Below are positions 10,809 to 20,866 of a stretch of 64,000 bases of DNA, piece by piece. The notes under the pieces were generated by a model. The model worked only from the letters and a program-made list of their open reading frames with translations, was not told the DNA's origin and ran no database searches. Numbering within the stretch: the stretch's first letter is position 1; each line of letters begins with the position of its first letter. The DNA is from an uncultured Gemmatimonadaceae bacterium. Lineage in GTDB: Bacteria; Gemmatimonadota; Gemmatimonadetes; Gemmatimonadales; Gemmatimonadaceae. The stretch lies in the NCBI GenBank assembly GCA_963781585.1, contig CAWAGQ010000011.1, positions 96,001 to 160,000 of the forward strand. The letters are read 5' to 3'. Made by a program: the position numbers and the translations under genes.

Positions 10809-12214
10809 CGCGAGAAGATGGTCAGCACGCCCCGTCCAGGCATCCGCGCCAGGAGGATCCCGCCGACATCGATGGTGGTATCGCCAAGTGCGGCCGCGTC
10901 CAACTGGTCGGTGGTCGCCGTGACAGCGTAGCGTCCGGCCGGCAACCCGCTCACACGGAGCGTGCCATCCCGCTCGCTGCGCACCACCACCGTCGTGCCG
11001 CCGCCTCGATTCACGAACGCGGTCACCTTCTGTCGCCGGTTCGAGCTGGTGGCCTCCACGCGATGCGCCCCGAGCGCGACGTGACGGAAGTACTGGCGCA
11101 GGTAGCGCGCGGTCGGCGCGAGACGCGCGACAGGATGCGTGGAGTCCGACTGGTCCACGAGCACGTATACGCCGTCGCTCACCGAATCGGGTTGTGGACA
11201 GGTGACCATCCCGAACTTCTGCCATGCCGAGACGTTCGCCTCGACGAGATCCTCGTGCAGCTCGTCCGGACCGGCGCGCAGGTCCTCCAGCATCGCGGTG
11301 CGCAGGCGACGCGCGCGCGCCATGGCGCCGATGCGACGGAGTGCGAGAATTCCGCCGGAATATCGGTGATAGGCGAACTCGTCCAGCGCCTCCACGGCGT
11401 GCGGGACAGCGGCCATCCGCTCGAAGTAGTCGAGCGACCCGTCAATCGAGCTCACCGATGGTCCCACGAAGTCGGGCCGGAAGCCCGCGGCCGCAAGGCG
11501 CTGCTTCGCGGCGAGCAGATTCTTCGCCGTCTCTTCTGCCGACCAGTTGCCGAGGTTCGGCTCGCTCACGACCTCGAAGGAGTTCGGCACGATACCGTAC
11601 TTCTGACGAAGGTGCTCGAACGTGGCCACCACCAGCTCGGCATACTCCGCCGGATTGTCGCGGTGCAACTCGGCGTGCTTGGCGCCGATGTAGGTCAGGT
11701 TGATCCACAGGTCGTCGCCTCGCGACACAAGCCGCTGCTTGAGGGGCAACACGAGGTCGTCCACCGTGTGGTCGAGGAAGGCCCACTGGAATCCCGCGGG
11801 GTCGGCTACCATTGGGTCGTCGTTGTCGTTCTCCGGACGGAACGTGGCCCGCTCCCAGTCCAGGTACTTCGCTTCGCCCCGCATCAGCGCGGGGAAGAGA
11901 TCGCGATGCGACTCGTATCCGCTCCGCAGGGGAAGGCGGATCCGGTTCATGCCCAGCTCGTTCGTCGCCAGGTCCAGCACCTTGTCGTGCACGAGCGCCC
12001 AGGCGGTGTGGTTGCACGATACCTGTCCGCCAATGAGCCCCTCCCATCCGGTCATGATCTGGAGCTGGGCGGAGGGGTGCACGCTGATCCGGGCATCGCC
12101 GGGTGCACACGCCAACGTGGCGAGTGCCGCTATCACGAGCAGCCAGGGACAGCGTCCAGCTGCCCGCAGCCAAAGGCGGACTCCCCGGAGTACTGTCATC
12201 ATCGCACGGGTCAC
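10805..12214 (-). CDS. Putative secreted clan GH-A glycoside hydrolase (GH30/GH5-like)
   Basis: Signal/lipoprotein-like N-terminus (LATLAC), QIMTGWEG, VSEPN acid/base-like motif, AYHRY, RQYFRHV and C-terminal TAFVN beta domain. Start uncertain. Confidence 0.65.
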   Translation of the reverse strand: MTRAMMTVLRGVRLWLRAAGRCPWLLVIAALATLACAPGDARISVHPSAQLQIMTGWEGLIGGQVSCNHTAWALVHDKVLDLATNELGMNRIRLPLRSGYESHRDLFPALMRGEAKYLDWERATFRPENDNDDPMVADPAGFQWAFLDHTVDDLVLPLKQRLVSRGDDLWINLTYIGAKHAELHRDNPAEYAELVVATFEHLRQKYGIVPNSFEVVSEPNLGNWSAEETAKNLLAAKQRLAAAGFRPDFVGPSVSSIDGSLDYFERMAAVPHAVEALDEFAYHRYSGGILALRRIGAMARARRLRTAMLEDLRAGPDELHEDLVEANVSAWQKFGMVTCPQPDSVSDGVYVLVDQSDSTHPVARLAPTARYLRQYFRHVALGAHRVEATSSNRRQKVTAFVNRGGGTTVVVRSERDGTLRVSGLPAGRYAVTATTDQLDAAALGDTTIDVGGILLARMPGRGVLTIFSR

Positions 12215-12254
12215 TCGTCTCAGGAGGGTGGTGTGTGGAAAATATGCGCTTCAC

Positions 12255-12341
12255 CCGCGGTGCGGCGCTGATTCGGTGGGAATCCGCGGTGCGGCGCTGA
12301 TTCGGTGGGAATCCGCGGTGCGGCGCTGATCCGGTGGGAAT
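12255..12341. repeat. 29-bp tandem repeat x3 (CCGCGGTGCGGCGCTGATTCGGTGGGAAT)
   Basis: Copies start at 12255, 12284 and 12313, with one substitution in copy 3; no spacers; lies in a divergent intergenic region. Confidence 0.95.
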
Positions 12342-12537
12342 CCGGTGCCGCGTGCGCGGCGCGAATCCGGTGCGCTCCTTGCAGTCCGCATTCCCGATGC
12401 CACATCGTCGACTACCATTCTTCATTCCAGCGGTGATCTTCAACCGGCGCGACAAGATCGGCTTACCGGTCCCCTCACCGAATGGCGGCGCGACTCCATC
12501 CCCGACGTCGTTGGCGATTCCCAGCCCAGGGCGCGGC

Positions 12538-14268
12538 ATGATGCGCCTGCCTGGACGCCTCGGACGCACGCGCCTCGCCGTCTTCTTCGTGGCATTCCTG
12601 TTCTATGCCCCGGGATTCTGGTGGGGTGCGCCGGTGGCCTCGGCAGCCGATCGCACCGACGCCTGGGGTGTCGATGACGAACCGCCCCTCGGCCCCCTCG
12701 CGCAGGCCGATGACATCGTCCATCCCAAGGCCGAGCTGAATCCGAATCTCGGGTATCCCATGATGCACCCGTTCATGGTGCTCACGGCGTTCACGCCATA
12801 TGTCGGATACCTGTTCGCCACCGGTGGTCTTCGCCATCCCACGGTCGCGTATCCGCACGGGTTCACCGACCCGGTTGTGGCGCTGCGGGTTCTCTCCTGG
12901 ATTGCGCACCTGCTGTCGGTGCTGCTCGCGGCCGGGATCGTGGTCTGCGCGTGGGAGATTGGCCGCGTGCTCTGGGACCAGCGCAGCGGCTACGCCACGG
13001 CCGCCGGCGCCCTGCTGTTCTACCCGATGTTCTATTACGCGCGGGTCTCCAACGTGGACGTGCCGGTGCTGTTCTTCATCGCCGCCGCGCTGGTTGCGTT
13101 CGCGCACGTCGTCGCCCGCGGGCTCACGTTCCGGCGCGCCGCCACGTTCGGCACGCTGGTCGGGTTCGCGGTGGCCACCAAGGAACCGGCGTTTGCATCG
13201 TTGTTGTTCGCTCCGCTGGTCCTCCTGCTGCTTCGCGACCCCGGTCAGTCGCTGGCCCCATGGCGTCGGGGGACCTTCTGGCTGATGGCCCTCACGATCT
13301 CGGGCTGCGCCCTGGGCGCGTACGCCGTGGGGAGCGGGATGCTCGTCGATCCCCATCGCTGGGTGGCCCACATGCGATTCGCGAGCGGGCGAATCCAGGC
13401 CGACCAGTCCGGCGGCGTTCCCTGGCTCCGAAACTATCCACCGACGCTCGCCGGCAACCTCGCGTATGCCTGGGCGCTCCTGGGCATCTGCGCACGGGCG
13501 CTCACGTGGCCCGGAATTCTCCTTGGCCTGGCGGGTGTGGTGGTCGCGGCGCGGCGCACGCCGCGGGCCGCTCTGCTCGCGCTCTCGGCAGTCGGGTACC
13601 TCGTGATCCTTTTCCTGTCGGCGCGCGTGGTGCAGCTGCGCTACGTGATGCCGGCAGTCTTCGTGCTTGCGATCTTCGCGGGCCGTGCCGGCGCGGTCGC
13701 TTGGTCCAGCCGTCGGCTGGTGGTGCGCGTCCCCGGGATCGCCCTGGCCGCCGCTGCCGCCCTCACGCTCGCGGCGTGGAACGCCGACCTCACGTGGGCG
13801 ATGCTGCACGATTCGCGTTATGCGGCCGGTGCCTGGCTCGCCCGCGCGGCGCGGCCCGGCGATGCGCTGGAGTACTTCGGATCGCCATACAAGCATGTCC
13901 CCATGCCCGCATCGCTTTCGTCACGATGGGCGATTCCGTACCGCGGCAGCATGTTTCGTGCGGATACCAGCGCTATCGCCGTGGGCACGATCGTCGAGGG
14001 CTGGGCCGCGCGCCGCCCCAGGTTCATCGAGTTGGTGCCGGACTACACCAGTTCTCCGGGTGCGCCGTACGCGTCGTCCTGCCCGCCGGCGATTTTCCGC
14101 GGCCTGGAGGACGGCTCGCTCGGCTACCGCTTCGTGGCCGGGTTCCATCATCCGGCGTTGCTCCCGTGGGCCAATCGACCGCCGATCGACTATCCGGTGG
14201 TCAATCCGCCGATCCGGTTCTATGAGCGGATCCCGTCGCTCACCGCACCGGCGCGAGCGCGGTCGTGA
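12538..14268 (+). CDS. GT-C fold membrane glycosyltransferase (GT39/ArnT-like)
   Basis: GVDDE, NVDVP, ATKE and LRYVMP motifs; multiple TM helices. Confidence 0.8.
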   Translation: MMRLPGRLGRTRLAVFFVAFLFYAPGFWWGAPVASAADRTDAWGVDDEPPLGPLAQADDIVHPKAELNPNLGYPMMHPFMVLTAFTPYVGYLFATGGLRHPTVAYPHGFTDPVVALRVLSWIAHLLSVLLAAGIVVCAWEIGRVLWDQRSGYATAAGALLFYPMFYYARVSNVDVPVLFFIAAALVAFAHVVARGLTFRRAATFGTLVGFAVATKEPAFASLLFAPLVLLLLRDPGQSLAPWRRGTFWLMALTISGCALGAYAVGSGMLVDPHRWVAHMRFASGRIQADQSGGVPWLRNYPPTLAGNLAYAWALLGICARALTWPGILLGLAGVVVAARRTPRAALLALSAVGYLVILFLSARVVQLRYVMPAVFVLAIFAGRAGAVAWSSRRLVVRVPGIALAAAAALTLAAWNADLTWAMLHDSRYAAGAWLARAARPGDALEYFGSPYKHVPMPASLSSRWAIPYRGSMFRADTSAIAVGTIVEGWAARRPRFIELVPDYTSSPGAPYASSCPPAIFRGLEDGSLGYRFVAGFHHPALLPWANRPPIDYPVVNPPIRFYERIPSLTAPARARS

Positions 14269-17116
14269 ACTCGGGCTCGACGTTCTCGAAGAACAGCCCG
14301 CGAAATCGACCCGACGCTGCGGCGGGCAGCTCCAGCCCGAACTGGTACTGGCGATCGGCGTCGAGCAGCGAGAGATCGGCGTAGAAGCCGACGAAAGTGC
14401 GGGCGGCACGGCGGACCGCGGTATACGCCTTGTGCAGCTCCACCGGCCGGCCGTCAATCGTCAGGCGCGCCTCCCACGCGTCGTCAGGCTCGGCGAACTG
14501 GACGAAGAGCAACAGCCGCTCCGGGACGAGCCAGGTGGTGCGGTAATCGTCGGCGGTCCACGGAATGGGCCAGGCGCGCCGCCGTGCCGCGAGCTGGTCG
14601 AAGATGCGGCGGGGAATCGTGAATGTACCGTTGAGACGTCCACCCGCGAACGCCGGGTCGGGTACCAGAGCCGGCTGGAGCCGGTGGAACTCCGTTCCAT
14701 CGAACCGCACATCGAGTTGCATCGTGTCGCCGGCTCGTGAGCCAACCGGCACCGCGCGCCCGTTCACCCGCGCGCGCGACACCGTGGCCGACTGCGGAAG
14801 CAACACCAGCAGGCGCACGGTCGTGCCTGGCTCGCCCTCCACATCACGCAGGTCGAGCAGGCCGTGATCGAGTGAGACTGTCCCCGGGGCGTTGAACAAC
14901 AGCGGCTCACGCACGATCGCTGCCGCGGGCGTGATTTCGAGCACCAATGCCGACCCTCCGTCCAGCGACACCTCAGCGCTGTCGCCATGGCGCCAGATCC
15001 CGGCGAGCGGTTTGCCGATCAGCCGCCCTTCCAGCGGATAGAGCTCGCGCAGCACGTATCGTTCGCCGTCAGCGAGTCCGATCGCGACGTCGAGGGTGAA
15101 CCGGGCGTCGTGGCGGCGGGCGTCCGGATTGAACAGGAACACGAAGCCGTGCTCGCCAACGATCGCCGACGTGCCATCGACCTTGCCGAACGCCGGCTGG
15201 CCGAGGATGGTGCGCGTGTGTCGAAGGTACTCCCTGTTCGCAACGGTCCAGTCGAGCCAGCGGCGGAGCCACGCGCGGTCCGCTTCCGCAACGTTGGCGC
15301 GTTCGGCCGAATCGCGGGCGGGAATCATGTTGAGCACGTTGTTCCATCCCGCTACGGCAATCGACGAGAGCACCGAATACCGCCAGCCGAGGTAGTCCCA
15401 GTCGCGGGTCCGGAACGAGGTGAGCACCGTGCCGCGGTCGGCGGTTGGCACCGACGGCATGTCACCGCTGTCGTCGGACCGCGATGTCTGATGGGTCATG
15501 AATCCCGGCACGATCTCGCTCGGTGCGAACTCGTAGTTGCGATAGCGATAGGCGGTGTAGCGCTCGCGGTCGGCGGAAACGCGATCGAAGTGCAGATCGG
15601 GGTAGGGGACGAAGCTCTCGGGCTGCTCGTCGTTGAACGTGGGGTGGGGATAGCTCCCCGCGAGCCAGCTCCAGGGTCCGTAGAGGTGGTATTGCTGTCG
15701 GCCGTCGATGACGATGTCGGGAATGCGGCGGCGCAGTTCCTCCATGACCCGCCGCCATCCCCACCATTGCGCATAACGACTTGTTCCCTGGAAGGTGAGA
15801 AACGTGTGATCGAAGGAGTATCCGGCGATGCCGGTCCGGTCGTGGAACGCCACCAGCTCGTGGATCAGCCAGTCCTGGAGTGCCCGGTTGCCGAGGCTGG
15901 CCATCCGGCGTGTCGAGCCGCTGCCTGCCGGCACCAGCCACTCGGGGTTCCGGGTGAATGGCATCACCGGGTACACGTAGGCGAGAAGCCGCAGCCCTTT
16001 TCCCCGCGCGTAGTCGAGCATCTCCTGTATGCTCGGCGGGGTCGCCCCCGATTCGGGATCCCATTCGCCCTGGCGGATCTGCTGGCCGAGTCCCAGCCAG
16101 AGCACGTGCTCCCAGCTCCAGTCGTCCACGCTCTGTTCCCGCCGGGAGAGCGCCGAGTTGGACGGCGCGTACAGGACATACTGCGCGCCTAACGACGCGG
16201 CCTGGTCGAACAGATGCTTGTATTCGGCGCGCCCGGCCGGGGTGCCGACGTCGATCTGGTAGTCGTTGGCGCACCAGCCCACCAGGACGTTGATCGGTTG
16301 GGTCGGATGGTAGAGCAGGAAGGCGTGCACCATCCCGGTGAAGGCCGCCACCTCGGCTTCATCCAGGCCGGCTGCGTCGGCGGTGGTGGCCGTTCGCCAT
16401 TCCGGAATCATCGATGCGGGGAGCCGTCGTCCAGTGAGCCGAACCGGGGCGATCAGGGCGCGGTCGGAGGCGAACGGGCCATAGGCCTTCTGCCAGTCCA
16501 TCTCCGCGGGATAGCGCAGGGCGAATGTGGCGGCGTCGTGGGTGAACTGGAGGAACGGATTCTGCACGACCGTGAGAAGGCTGTGGCGCTGGTCGAACCG
16601 CAGAGCCGCGCCGTAGACCCCGGTCTCCAGACTCGGGCGCGCGCTCGGCGGGAGGTACACGCTCGCCGGCGTCTCGACCAGGGTTCCACGAATCGGTGTG
16701 AGATCCCGTATGTGGAACGCTGTCAGGTGTGTCGCGCTCACGACGAGCTGCTTGCTCAGGAAGTGCCAACCGGTTCGCAACTCGTATTCCACCTGCAGCG
16801 TGACGTCAGCGGCGGTGTAGCGATAACTGACGCGTCCGGGCTCCCGGGTTCGACTGGGCGGTGCGAGCGCTCGGCTGTCGATCGTCTGGTCGCCGATGGT
16901 GATACTGAACCCATCCTGCTGGAAGCGATAGCGGTACCCATCGGAGTCGGTGAGGGCGATCAGCCCACGCGGGCCGAAGTCGGCGCGAAGGATGCCGTTG
17001 GTCAGCGACTGTGGGTGGAGCGGCGTGCCGAAGAGGAACGCGGCGACGAAGCGGACGCGCGTTGAGATACGGATGCGGCGTTTTCGTGCGGGCGACCACA
17101 GAGCGCGCATCTTCAT
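14240..17116 (-). CDS. Large secreted protein (about 950 aa), possible TIM-barrel glycoside hydrolase
   Basis: Long ORF with a signal-like N-terminus and a W/Y/D-rich core (GWCANDYQID, GYSFDHTF, IDGRQ). Start uncertain. Confidence 0.6.
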   Translation of the reverse strand: MKMRALWSPARKRRIRISTRVRFVAAFLFGTPLHPQSLTNGILRADFGPRGLIALTDSDGYRYRFQQDGFSITIGDQTIDSRALAPPSRTREPGRVSYRYTAADVTLQVEYELRTGWHFLSKQLVVSATHLTAFHIRDLTPIRGTLVETPASVYLPPSARPSLETGVYGAALRFDQRHSLLTVVQNPFLQFTHDAATFALRYPAEMDWQKAYGPFASDRALIAPVRLTGRRLPASMIPEWRTATTADAAGLDEAEVAAFTGMVHAFLLYHPTQPINVLVGWCANDYQIDVGTPAGRAEYKHLFDQAASLGAQYVLYAPSNSALSRREQSVDDWSWEHVLWLGLGQQIRQGEWDPESGATPPSIQEMLDYARGKGLRLLAYVYPVMPFTRNPEWLVPAGSGSTRRMASLGNRALQDWLIHELVAFHDRTGIAGYSFDHTFLTFQGTSRYAQWWGWRRVMEELRRRIPDIVIDGRQQYHLYGPWSWLAGSYPHPTFNDEQPESFVPYPDLHFDRVSADRERYTAYRYRNYEFAPSEIVPGFMTHQTSRSDDSGDMPSVPTADRGTVLTSFRTRDWDYLGWRYSVLSSIAVAGWNNVLNMIPARDSAERANVAEADRAWLRRWLDWTVANREYLRHTRTILGQPAFGKVDGTSAIVGEHGFVFLFNPDARRHDARFTLDVAIGLADGERYVLRELYPLEGRLIGKPLAGIWRHGDSAEVSLDGGSALVLEITPAAAIVREPLLFNAPGTVSLDHGLLDLRDVEGEPGTTVRLLVLLPQSATVSRARVNGRAVPVGSRAGDTMQLDVRFDGTEFHRLQPALVPDPAFAGGRLNGTFTIPRRIFDQLAARRRAWPIPWTADDYRTTWLVPERLLLFVQFAEPDDAWEARLTIDGRPVELHKAYTAVRRAARTFVGFYADLSLLDADRQYQFGLELPAAASGRFRGLFFENVEPEFTTALAPVR

Positions 17117-17286
17117 GTCCACAATCTGTAGTCGCCGAGGCGGGTCACGTCCATACGGCCGCTGCGAGTTGGAGGCAGCGGCTGGATCGCTCGGCGGCCC
17201 GGGTGCTCTGTGTCCTCCGCGCCCTCCGTGGTCAAGACAGATCTGCTGTTGGAATCGCAGAGAGCGCAGAGTAGCTGTGTTGAAAG

Positions 17287-17660
<374 letters not shown>

Positions 17661-17792
17661 GAAGACATACAAGGTCACGGAGAGGGCGCCGCCGGTAGAT
17701 CACGCGGCTGCCAGGTTTTCGAAGGTGCTTGTTGTCGCTGCTTCTCCGTGGTTGAACAAGGTCCCCTTGTTCACATCACGAGGACCTGCGAC

Positions 17793-18386
17793 CTAGAACC
17801 CGGGCAGCGACAGCTCCTCGGTCCGTGCCTCGAGATCGAGCAGCTTCTTCTTCCGCCACAGGCCACCGCCGTAGCCCGTGAGCGACCCGTCGGCTCCGAT
17901 CACCCGATGGCAGGGAATCAGGATCGCGATCCGGTTGTCGCCGTTCGCGCGCGCCACCGCCCGCACCGCGGCCGGGTGCCCAATCGAGGTCGCGAGACGG
18001 CCGTAGCTCGTCGTTGAGCCGAAGGGAATGCGCTGCAGCGCCTCCCACACGAGCAGCTGGAATGGCGACCCGGGTACGTGCATGGGTACGTCGAACACGC
18101 GCCGCTCGTCCCGGAAGTACTCGTCCAGCTGACCGCGCACCCGGGCAACGATTGACGTCTCGCCGTCCGCGAACTCGCAGTCCAACGCACCGCGGACGCG
18201 CCGGAGCTGGGTCTCGAGCATACGGCGATTCGCGAACTCCAGGAGCACCAGATGGCTCGCGGTCGACGCCGCGACCATCTCGCCGAGTGGCGTATTGAAC
18301 TCAGCGACGTACACCGTCTGCGTCAGGCGGCCATCGACGTGAACTGCCGACGCCTCCGCGGCAGGCGTCGCAGGTGCCGTCGCCAT
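17793..18386 (-). CDS. ogt: Methylated-DNA--protein-cysteine methyltransferase
   Basis: GSPFQLLVW, IPFG, RAVARANGDN, IPCHRVIG and GYGGG motifs. Confidence 0.92.
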   Translation of the reverse strand: MATAPATPAAEASAVHVDGRLTQTVYVAEFNTPLGEMVAASTASHLVLLEFANRRMLETQLRRVRGALDCEFADGETSIVARVRGQLDEYFRDERRVFDVPMHVPGSPFQLLVWEALQRIPFGSTTSYGRLATSIGHPAAVRAVARANGDNRIAILIPCHRVIGADGSLTGYGGGLWRKKKLLDLEARTEELSLPGF

Positions 18387-19336
18387 TACGGCGTCATCCC
18401 CAGGAACCCGCGAATCTCGTGTACCGCGTAGTCGACTCGCTTGTCGAACAGCGCCTTGCCGATGGCCACGCTCGAACGCCGTGCGTCCCCGGTAATGCCG
18501 TTGTTGATTCGCGGCGCGCTCGGATCGCGCCGCTCCCCCGGCGCCGGCACGGGATCGCCGACCGCGGTCTTGAGCAGATCCTTCCGCACGCACGCGTCGC
18601 CGCACACGTACATCATCTCCGACGTGTCGAAGATCCCGGCGTGGCTGCTGCGCGGATAGCCCTTCGCTTCGAGCTCGTTCTCGTAGTCGTTCTGCGCCGG
18701 CGCATAGACCGAGTCGCAGTAGAACACATGAACGCCCTGCGGCGCGTATTTCGCATCGAGCTGCTGCGCGACCGTGCGGTAGACGTCGGGTTGCCCGCCT
18801 CCGTGGTCGCCCATGAGAACGACGTTCCGGAAGCCGCTGACGATCGCCTGTTCGCTCACCCGCTCGAGGATCGCGGCGAGAATGTCGTTGGTCAGGCCGA
18901 TCGTGCCCGGCAGCGCCGCGCTGGCGTTGTTCGGTGTGTACGGGAGCACCGGCATCGCGATCGCGTTCCCCAGCTTCAGGGCGATCGCCTTCACCGTCGC
19001 CCGCGCCATGAAAGTGTGACCCCCGTTGGCGTTCTGCGGGCCACGCTGTTCCGTGCCGCCCGTGTAGAACAGCGCAGTCGTCCTGCCGTCGGCAAGCGCC
19101 TGCTTCACTTCGGCCCAGGTCATGTTCTCGAACTCCACCAGCGGATCCTTCACCGCCCCGCGATCCGTCAGCCCGACCGGACTCGCCGATGGAGCAGGTG
19201 CCGGCTCGGAGGCAGGATGCTCCGCGACGAAGGCGCGCTGCACGGGTGCGGGCCCCTGGGCGAACAGGCGCGCGGGGACGTCCGCGGCCACGGCGCCTAA
19301 CGCGACTATCGCGATGATGGACGCTGATCGGTGCAT
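18386..19336 (-). CDS. Creatininase family protein with signal peptide
   Basis: MTWAEV, GGTEQRGP, PGTI, GDHGGG and HAGIFDTSEMM motifs. Confidence 0.85.
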   Translation of the reverse strand: MHRSASIIAIVALGAVAADVPARLFAQGPAPVQRAFVAEHPASEPAPAPSASPVGLTDRGAVKDPLVEFENMTWAEVKQALADGRTTALFYTGGTEQRGPQNANGGHTFMARATVKAIALKLGNAIAMPVLPYTPNNASAALPGTIGLTNDILAAILERVSEQAIVSGFRNVVLMGDHGGGQPDVYRTVAQQLDAKYAPQGVHVFYCDSVYAPAQNDYENELEAKGYPRSSHAGIFDTSEMMYVCGDACVRKDLLKTAVGDPVPAPGERRDPSAPRINNGITGDARRSSVAIGKALFDKRVDYAVHEIRGFLGMTP

Positions 19337-19435
19337 GAGGGGTTCCTCCAGCGCTCCGGACTTCAGCCGGACAGTGGTGAGTGGCGCACCTGCGATCCGT
19401 GAAAATGAATGTGCGTCCGGCGGGCCGGCAACAGG

Positions 19436-19978
19436 TCAACCCTGCGCCAGCGCCGCGAGCTTCCGCACCGTGTTCCAGTTCCGCGCCGTGCCCGACGTGC
19501 CGAGCTTCTTCTCGATGACGGCGGTGGTCAGGCGCGATCGGCCGACGCCGTCCGGGTAGACCAGGTAGGCCTGGCGACCTCGTGCGCGGACCACCTCCCG
19601 CCCCACGATCGCTGCCTGCAGGGCCTTCACCTGTGCCGGCGTCGGCGCGCCCTTGAGGGCCATCAGCAGCAGATGGGCAGGGTCGTGCTCGGCCTCGTCA
19701 GCAAAAGGATTCTGCGCGATGGCCTGCTGCCACTCGGCCGCGCTGCGCACGAAGAACGCGGTCGCGAGCCCGAGCCGCTTCTCCGCCTCTTTCTCCAGCA
19801 GGCGTTCCAGTTCCTCCGCGGTCCGTCGGTCACTGCGAAACACGACGTTTCCGCTCTGGAGAAGCGACTGCGCGTCTTCGAACCCCAGCTTCGTGAAGAG
19901 CGCGCGCAGGTCGGCCATCGCGATGGCGTTGTGACCCGGCAGATTGACCGCCCGGAGCAGTGCAATGAAGCTGGTCAT
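19436..19978 (-). CDS. DUF1697 family protein
   Basis: ALLRAVN, LQSGNVVF, NPF and TARNWNTV motifs. Confidence 0.9.
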   Translation of the reverse strand: MTSFIALLRAVNLPGHNAIAMADLRALFTKLGFEDAQSLLQSGNVVFRSDRRTAEELERLLEKEAEKRLGLATAFFVRSAAEWQQAIAQNPFADEAEHDPAHLLLMALKGAPTPAQVKALQAAIVGREVVRARGRQAYLVYPDGVGRSRLTTAVIEKKLGTSGTARNWNTVRKLAALAQG

Positions 19979-20146
19979 GGCCTCTCACAACACCTGTTCA
20001 CTGCTCGCACGCGTGCTGACGTCCCGGCGGGTCGTCGACCGCCTTCCTTCGCATCACCGCCCGCCCGCAACACGCGCAGGGTCGTCAGCTGCCGGATCCA
20101 GCGCGCTTGATGTGACTCGCCGGGCACGATGATGCGCTTGTCAGAG

Positions 20147-20554
20147 CTATTGCTCGACATCGGGGATCGTGTACTCGATGTCGTAGAAGTGATTCCCGTC
20201 AGTGATCGTGATCTGCATCCCCCCCGCGAGGCCCACCAGCTGATCCGTGCCGGAATCGGGCACGATCGTGATGACGAGATGGGGCGTACCGCGCGTCATG
20301 GTTCCGCCATGCTGCAGGACGAAGGTACCGGTGCGGCCGTGGAGCGTGCCGCTGACCTGTTCCATGGCCACGTACCCCGCCGAACCTTGGACGCCGGTCT
20401 GGACAGCGAGCATCCGTCCGATCGCTGTGCCGTCGAGATCACCGTGATAGCGCTTCTCCAGCGACATCGTGCCGACTGACCCTGGGCTCGCGCTGGCGGC
20501 GGCGGGCAGCGGCGTGATCGTCACGTCGAACTCGCCGCGTGCATGAGTCGGCAT
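20147..20554 (-). CDS. DUF3224 family protein
   Basis: KRYHGDLDG, GSAGYVAME, GTFVLQH and IVPDSGT motifs. Confidence 0.9.
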   Translation of the reverse strand: MPTHARGEFDVTITPLPAAASASPGSVGTMSLEKRYHGDLDGTAIGRMLAVQTGVQGSAGYVAMEQVSGTLHGRTGTFVLQHGGTMTRGTPHLVITIVPDSGTDQLVGLAGGMQITITDGNHFYDIEYTIPDVEQ

Positions 20555-20561
20555 GTGCGTC

Positions 20562-20807
20562 TCAATCCTCGTGGCTGGCTTCGTATCGGCGCTGCTCGTT
20601 CACGCGCTCGGTGGCCTGGGCCTTGTCCCGCTGCTTCGCCGCCTTGGCGGCGCGCTCCCTGGTGATCTCCGACTTCACGTACGGCCGCGACAGGCGCCGT
20701 TCCAGCTCGTGCCCCTCGCACGCCGGGCACACCGGCGTCTTCCGGCCGAGCACCAGCGCCTCGAACTCATGACCGCAGCTCTTGCAGACGTATTCGTAGA
20801 TCGGCAT
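20562..20807 (-). CDS. FmdB-family zinc-ribbon protein
   Basis: MPIYEYVCKSCGHEFE...CPAC. Confidence 0.9.
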   Translation of the reverse strand: MPIYEYVCKSCGHEFEALVLGRKTPVCPACEGHELERRLSRPYVKSEITRERAAKAAKQRDKAQATERVNEQRRYEASHED

Positions 20808-20866
20808 CGCGTCACTCCCGATTAGACCTGCCTGGCACGCGCGTTTCCATTGCCGCGCACGCCGCC

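Noticed and set aside
12255..12341. 29-bp repeats as a CRISPR array
   Set aside because: Units are head-to-tail with no spacers, and no cas genes are in the window.
19975..20160. 61-aa ORF bridging DUF3224 and DUF1697
   Set aside because: It overlaps both neighbours plausibly but has no recognisable motif; cannot be supported without homology data.
20833..20848. Sigma-54 promoter TGGCAC-N5-TTTCC
   Set aside because: The -12 GC is missing and it points antisense to the flanking minus-strand genes.
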